A DNA stretch of 64,000 nt, taken from positions 17,956-81,955 of the forward strand of contig JAFRIE010000013.1 in the NCBI GenBank assembly GCA_017432885.1, read 5' to 3'. The stretch comes from Erysipelotrichaceae bacterium. Lineage in GTDB: Bacteria; Bacillota_I; Bacilli_A; Erysipelotrichales; Erysipelotrichaceae. Made by a program: the position numbers and the translations under genes. Below the pieces are notes generated by a model, which searched no databases, was not told the origin of the DNA, and saw only the letters and a list, made by a program, of their open reading frames with translations. Positions 24,071 through 32,117 of the stretch are shown piece after piece; the stretch's first letter is position 1, and each line of letters opens with the position of its first letter.

Positions 24071-24098
24071 GAGAGCCCTGGGTTCTCATTTTTCTTTT
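24071..24098 (+). terminator. Plus-strand intrinsic-terminator-like signal just past the tRNA array
   Basis: GAGAGCC-CUG-GGUUCUC followed by AUUUUUCUUUU. The minus-strand version is not followed by U's. It overlaps the 3' end of the XRE CDS. Confidence 0.5.
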
Positions 24099-24292
24099 AC
24101 AATGATCTCATCGATCGTCATCTGAAACAGTTCTGACAGCACCGCCAGATTATCCACAGTTGGCAGTGCTTCACCCCTCTGCCACTTGAAGATGGCCTGA
24201 GGCGTGTTGAAGCCCATCGCTTCCTGAATCGCTTTAATCGAAAGACCTTTTTCTTTTCTTAAGCGGGAGATATTGTTTCCCGTTTTGATCAT
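24086..24292 (-). CDS. Small XRE-family HTH protein
   Basis: MIKTGNNISRLRKEKGLSIKAIQEAMGFNTPQAIFKWQRGEALPTVDNLAVLSELF is a classic Cro/CI-type HTH. The start is ambiguous (24292 or 24325). Confidence 0.75.
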   Translation of the reverse strand: MIKTGNNISRLRKEKGLSIKAIQEAMGFNTPQAIFKWQRGEALPTVDNLAVLSELFQMTIDEIIVKEK

Positions 24293-24333
24293 GTTGATCC
24301 TGACTGCTACAAACACAGCAACCATCTCCTTTC

Positions 24334-24377
24334 AAACAAAAACCGCTTGTTATTGTTTTCTGCAACAGCCAAGCGGT
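24334..24377 (-). terminator. Intrinsic terminator after the channel/SepF-like operon
   Basis: Minus strand ACCGCUUG, a 20-nt loop, CAAGCGGU, followed by UUUUUGUUU. Confidence 0.55.
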
Positions 24378-24605
24378 CATTATTCTTCGGAATAATCAGG
24401 TTCGTTTATATCAAAAACGCAGACACACTGAAGCAGAAACGTCATCAAAAACGCCATCATCATATATAGGGCTGATAGCCTGCTGTTCTTCGTGCTGTGA
24501 ATAGAATCGCATGTTTCTGTTTAAGTTTTGTTTCAGCATGTGTTTCCTCCTTTACGGGAATACTATAACATAATTTTCAGAAAAGGGAAGTATACCTGTG
24601 GTATA

Positions 24606-24971
24606 TCATTCCTCAATGATCCCGACATTCTTGGGAGTACAGATAAAGACATCCTGCTGCAGTTTGACAATTGTTCCTTCCCTGGCCATGGCTACACCGG
24701 ACATAAAGTCAAGAAATCTTTGTTTCTCAGGTGTTTTCATTTCTTCCGTATGGATGATGATCGCCCTGCCGTTCTTGAGATGATCGCAGATCTTTCCGGC
24801 ATCCATGAAGGCTTTCGGACGGACCACGATCAGAAGATATTCGATCGGACCGTTTCCTTCCTGATAATCTCTTGTGATGTCTCCTGTTCCTTCCCCTTTC
24901 TTCTTTTCAGGATCAGGTTCAAAGATTGTATCGATGATTCTGCTTAGAATGCCCTTCTTTTCTTCTTCCAT
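24606..24971 (-). CDS. sepF: SepF-like cell division protein
   Basis: N-terminal amphipathic helix GILSRIIDTIF. C-terminal core LLIVVRPKAFMDAGKICDHLKNGRAIIIH...FLDFMSGVAMAREGTIVKLQQDVFICTPKNV matches the SepF/DUF552 pattern. Confidence 0.75.
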   Translation of the reverse strand: MEEEKKGILSRIIDTIFEPDPEKKKGEGTGDITRDYQEGNGPIEYLLIVVRPKAFMDAGKICDHLKNGRAIIIHTEEMKTPEKQRFLDFMSGVAMAREGTIVKLQQDVFICTPKNVGIIEE

Positions 24972-24972
24972 T

Positions 24973-26808
24973 TTAGTTCTCTCCTAATACAAACAGTCTG
25001 TCATTCTTATCAAACAGTACTCTTTCATTTGAATCGGGATTCAGATGAACAGCGCCATGATTGCTGTAACCTAAAAGTGTGTAGCCGTAGGACAGGACGA
25101 TCTGTTTCAGTCCGTTATAAGAATAATCATGCCTGGTCTGCAGATTAAACAGATGGATGGACTTGGAATACAGTTCGTTCCCTTTCTTGGAAAGCAGTTC
25201 ATTCAGGATCTCCTCCAGATCCGGATTCTCGGAAATCTGGGCCAGCAGCAGAGAAGCGATATTCGAACCGACGATATAGTCGATCTTGCTGTTTTTCATA
25301 GAAACGTTGTAGGAGTTTTCCATGTTCAGTTCAATCGTGATGTTGTAGTCGTAGCCGTAGAGTTCCTTTAAATTCATCAGTTTTAAAAGGAGAAGGATAT
25401 TATTGATGTCAGCGTCTTCTTTTTCCATGTTTCTGTCGATCAGAATGACGATATGATCGGCATCTTCGGCGAGCTGTTTCAGATCTTCTTCGTAGTCTCC
25501 TTCGTAACGGACAATCTTCTTCATCTTGTTTTTCCTGATCAGTTTATCTACCGTCTCTTCTTCATCTGATACGATCGTGATCTTCTCGACTTCATTAGGC
25601 AGCTCTTTCAAGATCGTATTCAGCATGACGTTTGAACCGAAGATCAGGACTTTCCCTTTCGGTTCCGTTCGGATTTCCGGCAGATCCCGTTCATTGACGT
25701 TCTTTTCGAGCTCTTCCGTAACCTCATAAGAACCTCTGCTTTCTTCAAAGAAAACCAGATCGTCTTCAATATCGACATTCATATCCTTGTCCGGATTCAG
25801 AATCGTCTTTCCTCCTTTTCGGATCCCTACGATAGAAGCCTTGTTCAGACATTTGGTGATCTCCATGACATTTTTGCCGATGAGACGGTAATCTTTCTCG
25901 AAATAGAATTCGTTTTCTTCAAAATTCAGCAGTTCCTTAAAGGCGATCGAAAGTCCCGGCTCCGTCGAAGTATGGGCGACGATCTTGGCCATGATGTCGT
26001 CCGTTTTCAGCATAATGATGTTTTTCTTATCGATCTTGTTTTTCGGCAACATGTGCTTCTCATCGGTCACACAGGCGACGATACGGCCTCTGAATTCCGG
26101 ATATTCCTTACGGATACACAGTACCGCCAGAATGGCTTTTATTCTTCGGTTGTCATCCAGGGCATTGACGACGATCACATCGGCTTTTTCGATTGAGCAG
26201 CAGCGCAGATCGTTGGTATTGGTGATATCGCCGTTCCTGCAGATCACTTCGATGTTCTTTGGGATCTCGACATTGTTCTGCAGATCCTGTTCCAGATCCG
26301 GCTTTTCGATATCCGTACAGATAACGATACATCTTTTCTTTTCTCCGGTCGCCAGGATCAGCTGTCTTAACAGACCGTGTTCCCCGATGTTATAGCCGAG
26401 AATCACGGTATGGCCATTCTCCAGAACCAGGGAATTTCCCTTGCGCAGATCATTCAGTTTCTCTTCAATGCCGCTGCTGACAACACCGATCAGAATACTG
26501 GTAAACAGCAGTCCTGCCAGAGCCGTCAGTGTATTCAGAACGATATAACCGATACCGCCGTCTTCACTGGAAGGCATTTCAGTATTGATGGTATTCGCCA
26601 GAGAATCCCAAAAGGCGGGGAAGATACTGTCCCTGAGTTTGAACAGAATAGCCAGAACAGAAACAAATACAATGACCGAAAGAACGGCCAATGTCAGAAG
26701 AACGATGATACTCATGGTTCCTTTCGCCATTTTCTTGTCCAGCCAGTATTTGAAACGGTCTGTCAACGAGGCATTCTTAATCGTTTTGCTATGATTGTAT
26801 TCAGACAT
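24973..26808 (-). CDS. CASTOR/POLLUX-related putative ion channel with RCK/TrkA-N-like domains
   Basis: N-terminal DRFKYWLDKKMAKGTMSIIVLL, a second TM/pore region LLFTSILIGVVSSGIEEKLNDLRKGNS, then NGHTVILGYN (Rossmann start) and a second one, KVLIFGSN. Confidence 0.7.
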   Translation of the reverse strand: MSEYNHSKTIKNASLTDRFKYWLDKKMAKGTMSIIVLLTLAVLSVIVFVSVLAILFKLRDSIFPAFWDSLANTINTEMPSSEDGGIGYIVLNTLTALAGLLFTSILIGVVSSGIEEKLNDLRKGNSLVLENGHTVILGYNIGEHGLLRQLILATGEKKRCIVICTDIEKPDLEQDLQNNVEIPKNIEVICRNGDITNTNDLRCCSIEKADVIVVNALDDNRRIKAILAVLCIRKEYPEFRGRIVACVTDEKHMLPKNKIDKKNIIMLKTDDIMAKIVAHTSTEPGLSIAFKELLNFEENEFYFEKDYRLIGKNVMEITKCLNKASIVGIRKGGKTILNPDKDMNVDIEDDLVFFEESRGSYEVTEELEKNVNERDLPEIRTEPKGKVLIFGSNVMLNTILKELPNEVEKITIVSDEEETVDKLIRKNKMKKIVRYEGDYEEDLKQLAEDADHIVILIDRNMEKEDADINNILLLLKLMNLKELYGYDYNITIELNMENSYNVSMKNSKIDYIVGSNIASLLLAQISENPDLEEILNELLSKKGNELYSKSIHLFNLQTRHDYSYNGLKQIVLSYGYTLLGYSNHGAVHLNPDSNERVLFDKNDRLFVLGEN

Positions 26809-26860
26809 TTTGTGTTACTCCTGTTTTCATTATAACAGATAGAACCTGTAGTCCTTTTTA

Positions 26861-26890
26861 ATATAAAAGATCAGATGAATCTGATCTTTT
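26861..26890 (-). terminator. Intrinsic terminator after the vWA gene
   Basis: Minus strand AGAUCAGA-UUC-AUCUGAUCU followed by UUUAUAUU. Confidence 0.6.
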
Positions 26891-26902
26891 GTTGCAGGAC
26901 AT

Positions 26903-27547
26903 TTACTTTTTCCTTTTCTCGTAGTCTTCCGCGATCTGTACACTCCAGTCCTCTGCGATACAGCCGCAGGTTCTGTGCATTTTAACGGCATCCGATAGTA
27001 CTTCATAGTTCTTCTTTGTTCCCTTGGAATCGCTGTGAAACCTTACCGCCCTGTCTTCTTCGATCCCGTAGCGTTTCGCCGTTTCTACCGCATCGATGTT
27101 GGCTGCCAGGAAGAGGAATTCCCAGCCTTTCTTTTTCTGCCGAGAGACCATTTTCTTGACATCGTCGGATGAATACCGGGTCGAAGCATTCTCCATGCCG
27201 TCGGTTATGATCACAAAGATCGTTTTCTCCGGGACATCCTCTTTCCGGATGTATTTGTGGACATTCCGGATGTGATGGATGGCGTCTCCCATGGCGTCGA
27301 TCAAAGCCGTCGTTCCGGAAGGGAAGTAGTCCTCTCTGTCCATCTTTCTGATCTCTTTCAAAGAGACCCGATCATAGACTACTTTACTGGTCTGGTTGAA
27401 CAGGACAGTCGAAACCAGACATTCTCCGTCCACTTTTTTCTGTTTTTCCACGAAAGAATTGAATCCGCCGATCGTGTCTTCCTCCAGACCGCTCATCGAT
27501 CCGCTTCGATCTAAAATAAATACCAGTTCTGTTAAATTCTTATTCAT
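26903..27547 (-). CDS. Small cytoplasmic vWA domain protein
   Basis: MIDAS LVFILDRSGSMSG plus FVIITDGMEN. 214 aa with no signal peptide. Confidence 0.8.
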   Translation of the reverse strand: MNKNLTELVFILDRSGSMSGLEEDTIGGFNSFVEKQKKVDGECLVSTVLFNQTSKVVYDRVSLKEIRKMDREDYFPSGTTALIDAMGDAIHHIRNVHKYIRKEDVPEKTIFVIITDGMENASTRYSSDDVKKMVSRQKKKGWEFLFLAANIDAVETAKRYGIEEDRAVRFHSDSKGTKKNYEVLSDAVKMHRTCGCIAEDWSVQIAEDYEKRKK

Positions 27548-27633
27548 TATCTACCTCCTTAAAATGTGACCGTATTTCTACAGTCACATCATAAGATTTA
27601 TCGGAAAATGAATGGTCGTTTGGGAAACGACAT

Positions 27634-28668
27634 TTAACAGCCCAGTGTTTTCTGATCCTGTTCGAACAGGATCTCGTTGACCTGATAAATATTGTAGATC
27701 CTGTGTTCAATGCAGTAACGGATAATCAGATCGAATTTGATCGCTTTCGAAAGAACATAACCTGCTCTCTCCAGAAGGATATTCGTATCTTCCATGTTCA
27801 GTCTCATTCCGATAGCCAGAGCTACGGCTGTTTCTTTCTTTGGCCGGTAGTTCTTCGTATTCTTGATGTGGTTGAAGTGTTTCCGGTCGATGTTGGCCTT
27901 TTTGTATACCTCGGGATCCGGCAGTCCCCTCTCGTCGATCATACGGATCAGACATTCCGAAAAGGATTCATCCGGTTCAAATTTTTCTTCTTCATAAACG
28001 TATTCTACCGATGTTGTATATTTTGGAACAACGGCATCTTCTTCGTAAAGTCTTCCCGCCTGCTCCGGCATCATTCCATCGACAAAAAACGTATCCTGAT
28101 ATGTTTTCCTTGCTTTCTTTGCCGTGTGATGGGCCGATGAACGAAGCTGTCCGTCCAGATAGTCTTGAATATCGAGATATAACCTGTTGGCAGTATCAAA
28201 GGATTCCTTGTCGTAAACCAGCAAAGAAACCTTCATTTCATTGTCATTCAGGAAATCCGTAATCGTGTCGGTAGCGATTCTTAACGCCTGACCTTTCGGG
28301 AAAGAAAAAGATCCTGAAGCAATTAAGGGAAATACGATCGACTCCAGTTTCTGTTCTTTGGCGATATTCAGACATCTCCGGTAACAGGAGGTCAGCAGCT
28401 CCACTTCCTGATGTTTTCCGTCTGTGTAGTTTGGACCGCAAGTATGGATGATGTAACGGTATCCTTTCAGGTCGAAGGAATCGCTTAAAACGGCCTCTCC
28501 TGCCGAAATATGACCAATGCCGAAACAGAATTCATCAAGCTTTTCTCCCGACAGTTCATGGATGATCCTGTCGACCCCTCCGGAGCCGGATAAAAAGACA
28601 TCCGTCGGACAGACGATCGCATCGGCACTGATGTTTCGGATATCGTTTCTGCTGATTTCCAGTGGCAT
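27634..28668 (-). CDS. Macro domain protein with a C-terminal HTH-like domain
   Basis: N-terminal macro fold (ADAIVCPTDVFLSGSGGVDRIIH and VFPLIASGSFSFP). The C-terminal about 110 aa (FSECLIRMIDERGLPDPEVYKKANIDRKHFNHIK...LLERAGYVLS) resembles an XRE-like HTH module. Confidence 0.7.
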   Translation of the reverse strand: MPLEISRNDIRNISADAIVCPTDVFLSGSGGVDRIIHELSGEKLDEFCFGIGHISAGEAVLSDSFDLKGYRYIIHTCGPNYTDGKHQEVELLTSCYRRCLNIAKEQKLESIVFPLIASGSFSFPKGQALRIATDTITDFLNDNEMKVSLLVYDKESFDTANRLYLDIQDYLDGQLRSSAHHTAKKARKTYQDTFFVDGMMPEQAGRLYEEDAVVPKYTTSVEYVYEEEKFEPDESFSECLIRMIDERGLPDPEVYKKANIDRKHFNHIKNTKNYRPKKETAVALAIGMRLNMEDTNILLERAGYVLSKAIKFDLIIRYCIEHRIYNIYQVNEILFEQDQKTLGC

Positions 28669-28847
28669 AATTTTCTCTTTTCTTTCTATTCAAATCATAC
28701 ATCATTCAATATGCCGTATGCTATAACGAATGACGGATCCGAAGTCATCGATAAATTTTTTCCTTGCCGGTATCGGTCTCTTTTCCTTAAAGATCATTAG
28801 ACATCAGAAGAAAAAGGTAATATAATACCGAGAATGGAGGTAATACT

Positions 28848-29237
28848 ATGACTAGACTGATTTACATGTTTATTCAACTGATCTCAAAACTTCATTCGAA
28901 GCTTCTTTCCATAAATTACAATCACGGCTACGATCTCTCCGATAAACAGCTGCATTTCCTGATTATCGGATTCTTCGGGTTCTGTATGCTGATGGTAATA
29001 CAGCCGGTCATCAAGTGGCTGTCAAAGCATCATGCCGAACTGATGATCACTTTCATTTATGTATTCTCCATCGTTATTGTAGTCAGTTTTGCGATCGAAC
29101 TGGGACAGGCTTATTCCGGAACAGGTGATATGGACTTTTACGACATCGCTTCCGGCATCCTGGGTTTCTTTGTCTTTTTCGGAATCTACCTGATCGGTTA
29201 TCTGCTATACGGGATCTATAAAAAGAAGACTGTCTGA
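28848..29237 (+). CDS. Small membrane protein, possibly VanZ-like
   Basis: Four predicted TM segments. The ELGQAYSGTGDMDFYDIASGILG pattern is reminiscent of the VanZ motif. Weak assignment. Confidence 0.4.
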   Translation: MTRLIYMFIQLISKLHSKLLSINYNHGYDLSDKQLHFLIIGFFGFCMLMVIQPVIKWLSKHHAELMITFIYVFSIVIVVSFAIELGQAYSGTGDMDFYDIASGILGFFVFFGIYLIGYLLYGIYKKKTV

Positions 29238-29238
29238 T

Positions 29239-29535
29239 CTATTCCGCGATCTGGGCGATCAGCAGTTCCTGATTCATGAATCGGATGATGCATAAAGCAT
29301 CATCTTTTATTTGGTCGTAGACTCTTCCTGCCGAACAGGTTCCTCTCATAACCGAGTAGACCGAGTTGGCCACATAGCCGCATTTCATCTGGTCTTTCAG
29401 TACGACAATAGCTTCATCGTCGTAAAGATTGTTTCTGTCTTTCTTGAGTGTCAATAGATCTCCCGGTTTAAGAAAAGCTGCACTGTTAAAATCATCCAGA
29501 TGGCTGATCGTAATGAATATGTTTCTTTCTTTCAT
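29239..29535 (-). CDS. Stand-alone HIRAN-like domain protein
   Basis: Start trimmed to MKERNIF, with GAGG upstream. LKPGDLLTLKKDRNNLYDDEAIVVLKDQMKCGYVANS fits the HIRAN pattern (G-D-x-L-x-L-x-x-x-x-N-x-x-D-x-x-A-I-x-V...G-Y-V). Confidence 0.55.
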   Translation of the reverse strand: MKERNIFITISHLDDFNSAAFLKPGDLLTLKKDRNNLYDDEAIVVLKDQMKCGYVANSVYSVMRGTCSAGRVYDQIKDDALCIIRFMNQELLIAQIAE

Positions 29536-29630
29536 GGCTAAAACCTCATCTGTAACCGGCCTTATTCTAAAAAGGGGAAGATGCAAAAAAAACGACAGGG
29601 ATGCTAAAATGAAGAAAAGAGGAAACGATC

Positions 29631-30599
29631 ATGGCAGAAAAGAAGCACAGCGTTCTGGCTTTACTGGAGATTTTGCGAAAGTATTCCGACGAAGATCATA
29701 TTTTAAGTCTAAAAGAAATACAGAGGCATCTGGAGAACGAATACGGTACGGTTCTGGATCGAAGGACAATCTATACCAATCTGGATATTCTGGAAGATTT
29801 CGGCTACGAGATCAGTGATTTCGAGGATAACGGAAAGGGATACTTTCTGGTTCAAAGGGAATTCGACAAGGGAGAAATCCTGCTTCTGGCGAATGCCGTT
29901 CATGCATCACATTTTATTTCAGCGAATCAGTCCGCTTCCCTGATCAACAGGCTTCTGGAAACGCAAAGCAGATATGTGAAGGCCGATTTCAAGGACAAGG
30001 TCTTTATGCCCAATCCGGTAAAAACGATGAAGCGGCAGCTTCTTTACAACCTGGAGACCGTTTCTGACGCAATCAGAGACAGCAGACAGCTGCAGTTCAA
30101 GTATCTGCGCTACGACAGCAGAAAGAAACCGGTACCCCGCAGAGAAGAACCTTACATCGTCGAACCGCGTTATATCGTCTATGCCGATGCCAGACCCTAC
30201 ATGATCGTCACCAGCGAAAATCATCCGGGATTCATTCATTACCGGATCGACAGGATGGCAGATGCCAGGATCCTCACTGAAAAATCCAGGCCGCTGCCTA
30301 AAAGATCCGATCCCTACGACTATGCCAGAAACAAACTGTTTATGTATTCCGGGGATACGGAAACGGTCTCCTTCCGATGCAGGAATGAAGTCATGGATCA
30401 TATGATCGATATCTTCGGTCCGGAACTGACTGTTCTACCGGAAGACGGGGAACACTTCCGGATCCGGGTAAAAGTTCCTGCCCAGGGAGCCCTGTATCTG
30501 GCACAGCAGTTCATGGACAGTATTACGATCATGGAACCGGAAGATCTGAAAGAAGAGTTTAAGGCGAAACTGAGGGAAGTCAGAAAGAGATATGCATAA
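29631..30599 (+). CDS. WYL-domain transcriptional regulator (wHTH-WYL-WCX)
   Basis: N-terminal wHTH (LSLKEIQRHLENEYGTVLDRRTIYTNLDIL). WYL core LQFKYLRYD...PYIVEPRYIVYADARPYMIVT...IHYRIDRMADARIL. C-terminal ITIMEPEDLKEEF. Confidence 0.8.
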   Translation: MAEKKHSVLALLEILRKYSDEDHILSLKEIQRHLENEYGTVLDRRTIYTNLDILEDFGYEISDFEDNGKGYFLVQREFDKGEILLLANAVHASHFISANQSASLINRLLETQSRYVKADFKDKVFMPNPVKTMKRQLLYNLETVSDAIRDSRQLQFKYLRYDSRKKPVPRREEPYIVEPRYIVYADARPYMIVTSENHPGFIHYRIDRMADARILTEKSRPLPKRSDPYDYARNKLFMYSGDTETVSFRCRNEVMDHMIDIFGPELTVLPEDGEHFRIRVKVPAQGALYLAQQFMDSITIMEPEDLKEEFKAKLREVRKRYA

Positions 30600-30619
30600 G
30601 AGACATGTCTCTTTTTTTA
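30599..30619 (+). terminator. Terminator after the WYL regulator gene
   Basis: Palindrome AGAGACAUGUCUCU followed by U7. TATAAT at 30626-30631 follows, serving pepD. Confidence 0.5.
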
Positions 30620-30654
30620 TTCTGCTATAATAGGGAAAATGACGGAGGTATCAT

Positions 30655-32091
30655 ATGGAATTTGATCTGTCGAAAAAATACTGTTACTACTTTAATGAAA
30701 TATCGAAAATCCCCAGAGGAAGCAGAAACGAAAAAGCCATCAGTGATTATGTTGTTCTTTTGGCAAAGAAAAACGGCTACGCCTGGAAGCAGGATGAAGT
30801 ATATAACGTAATCGTCGAGAAGCCGGCTTCTGCGGGATATGAACACAGCGAGCCGGTCATTCTGCAGGCGCATATGGACATGGTTTGCGAGAAGAACCGG
30901 GATGTCGAGCACGACTTTGAAAAGGATCCGCTGGATCTGTATGTCGATGAAGAAGGCTGGCTGCATGCCCGAGGAACGACATTGGGTGCGGATGACGGCA
31001 TGGGTGTCGCCTACATGCTGGCGATCATGGATGACAAAGATTTAAAACATCCGGCTCTGCAGCTCGTCTTTACGGTCATGGAAGAGATCGGACTTTACGG
31101 TGCTGCAGCCCTGAAGAAAGAAGATCTTCATGCCAGACGCTACATCAATCTGGATTCCGGAGGAGAGAACCAGACCAGTGTAACTTCTTCCGGCGGCGCA
31201 AGAACCGAGATCACAAGATCTTTACATTTTACCGGAAACAGGTCAAATACCTACTGTCTGAAAGTCAGGGGACTTCAGGGCGGACATTCCGCCTCCTGTA
31301 TCCGTCTGGAAAGAGGCAATGCCATTCTTTTGGCCGGAAGGATCGCGGAAACACTGAATTGCCGTTTCCGGGATCTTCGACTGGCAGACTATAACGGAGG
31401 CATGAAATTCAATGCCATACCAAGAGAAACAGATCTCGTTTTTGCCAGCGATGCAGATGAAAAACAGCTGAGAGAAGAAACCGACAGGATCGCAGGACAG
31501 ATCAAAGAAGAACTGCAGTATTCCGATGCCGGTTTCAGGGTAAAACTGGAAAGCGTAGAAACGGCTTCTAAAGTCTTAAGCGCCGAAGATACGGCAGAGA
31601 TCCTGGAATTCCTTTTCGTGCTGCCAAACGGTCTGCGACATTCTTCCATGGCCATTGAAAACCTGACTGTGGCTTCCTTAAATGCCGGAGTCGTCCGGAT
31701 CGAAAACGATATCCTGTATCTTGATGACCTGGTACGCAGTGCCCTGGCATCTCATGGCGATGAGGTCCTCCATCAGCTGCAGCTTCTCTGCAGACGATAC
31801 GGGTTTGGCTTCAGGATCATCGACCGTTACTACGGATGGGATTATGCCAAGGATTCTCCATTGCGAGAGATCCTAAGAGATGTCCTGAAAGAAAAAGGCA
31901 TAGAGATGAAAGAACGTTCTACCCATGGAGGACTGGAATGCGGGATCTTCAAAGGACTGATTCCGGATCTGGATATCATTACCTACGGTCCGATCGAGAT
32001 CGGCGAACATACCCCGGAGGAGAAACTGAATCTGGCATCCTTCGATCGAGCCTACGTTAATCTGCTGGAAGTATTAAAAAGGTGTAAATAA
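30655..32091 (+). CDS. pepD: Aminoacyl-histidine dipeptidase (M20C, PepD)
   Basis: FNEISKIPRGSRNEKAISDY and ILQAHMDMVCEKN, 478 aa. Classic PepD pattern. Confidence 0.85.
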   Translation: MEFDLSKKYCYYFNEISKIPRGSRNEKAISDYVVLLAKKNGYAWKQDEVYNVIVEKPASAGYEHSEPVILQAHMDMVCEKNRDVEHDFEKDPLDLYVDEEGWLHARGTTLGADDGMGVAYMLAIMDDKDLKHPALQLVFTVMEEIGLYGAAALKKEDLHARRYINLDSGGENQTSVTSSGGARTEITRSLHFTGNRSNTYCLKVRGLQGGHSASCIRLERGNAILLAGRIAETLNCRFRDLRLADYNGGMKFNAIPRETDLVFASDADEKQLREETDRIAGQIKEELQYSDAGFRVKLESVETASKVLSAEDTAEILEFLFVLPNGLRHSSMAIENLTVASLNAGVVRIENDILYLDDLVRSALASHGDEVLHQLQLLCRRYGFGFRIIDRYYGWDYAKDSPLREILRDVLKEKGIEMKERSTHGGLECGIFKGLIPDLDIITYGPIEIGEHTPEEKLNLASFDRAYVNLLEVLKRCK

Positions 32092-32117
32092 AAAGTGCTG
32101 TTAATAGCACTTTTTTT
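32091..32117. terminator. Bidirectional terminator between pepD and the AKR gene
   Basis: AAAGUGCU-GUUAAU-AGCACUUU flanked by an A run and a T run. Confidence 0.7.

Noticed and set aside
24460-24540. A 26-aa ORF (MLKQNLNRNMRFYSQHEEQQGYQPYI) with GGAGG 7 nt upstream, downstream of the SepF-like gene.
   Set aside because: It is too short and has no hydrophobic or other recognisable character. The RBS-like sequence could be fortuitous. It cannot be supported from sequence alone.
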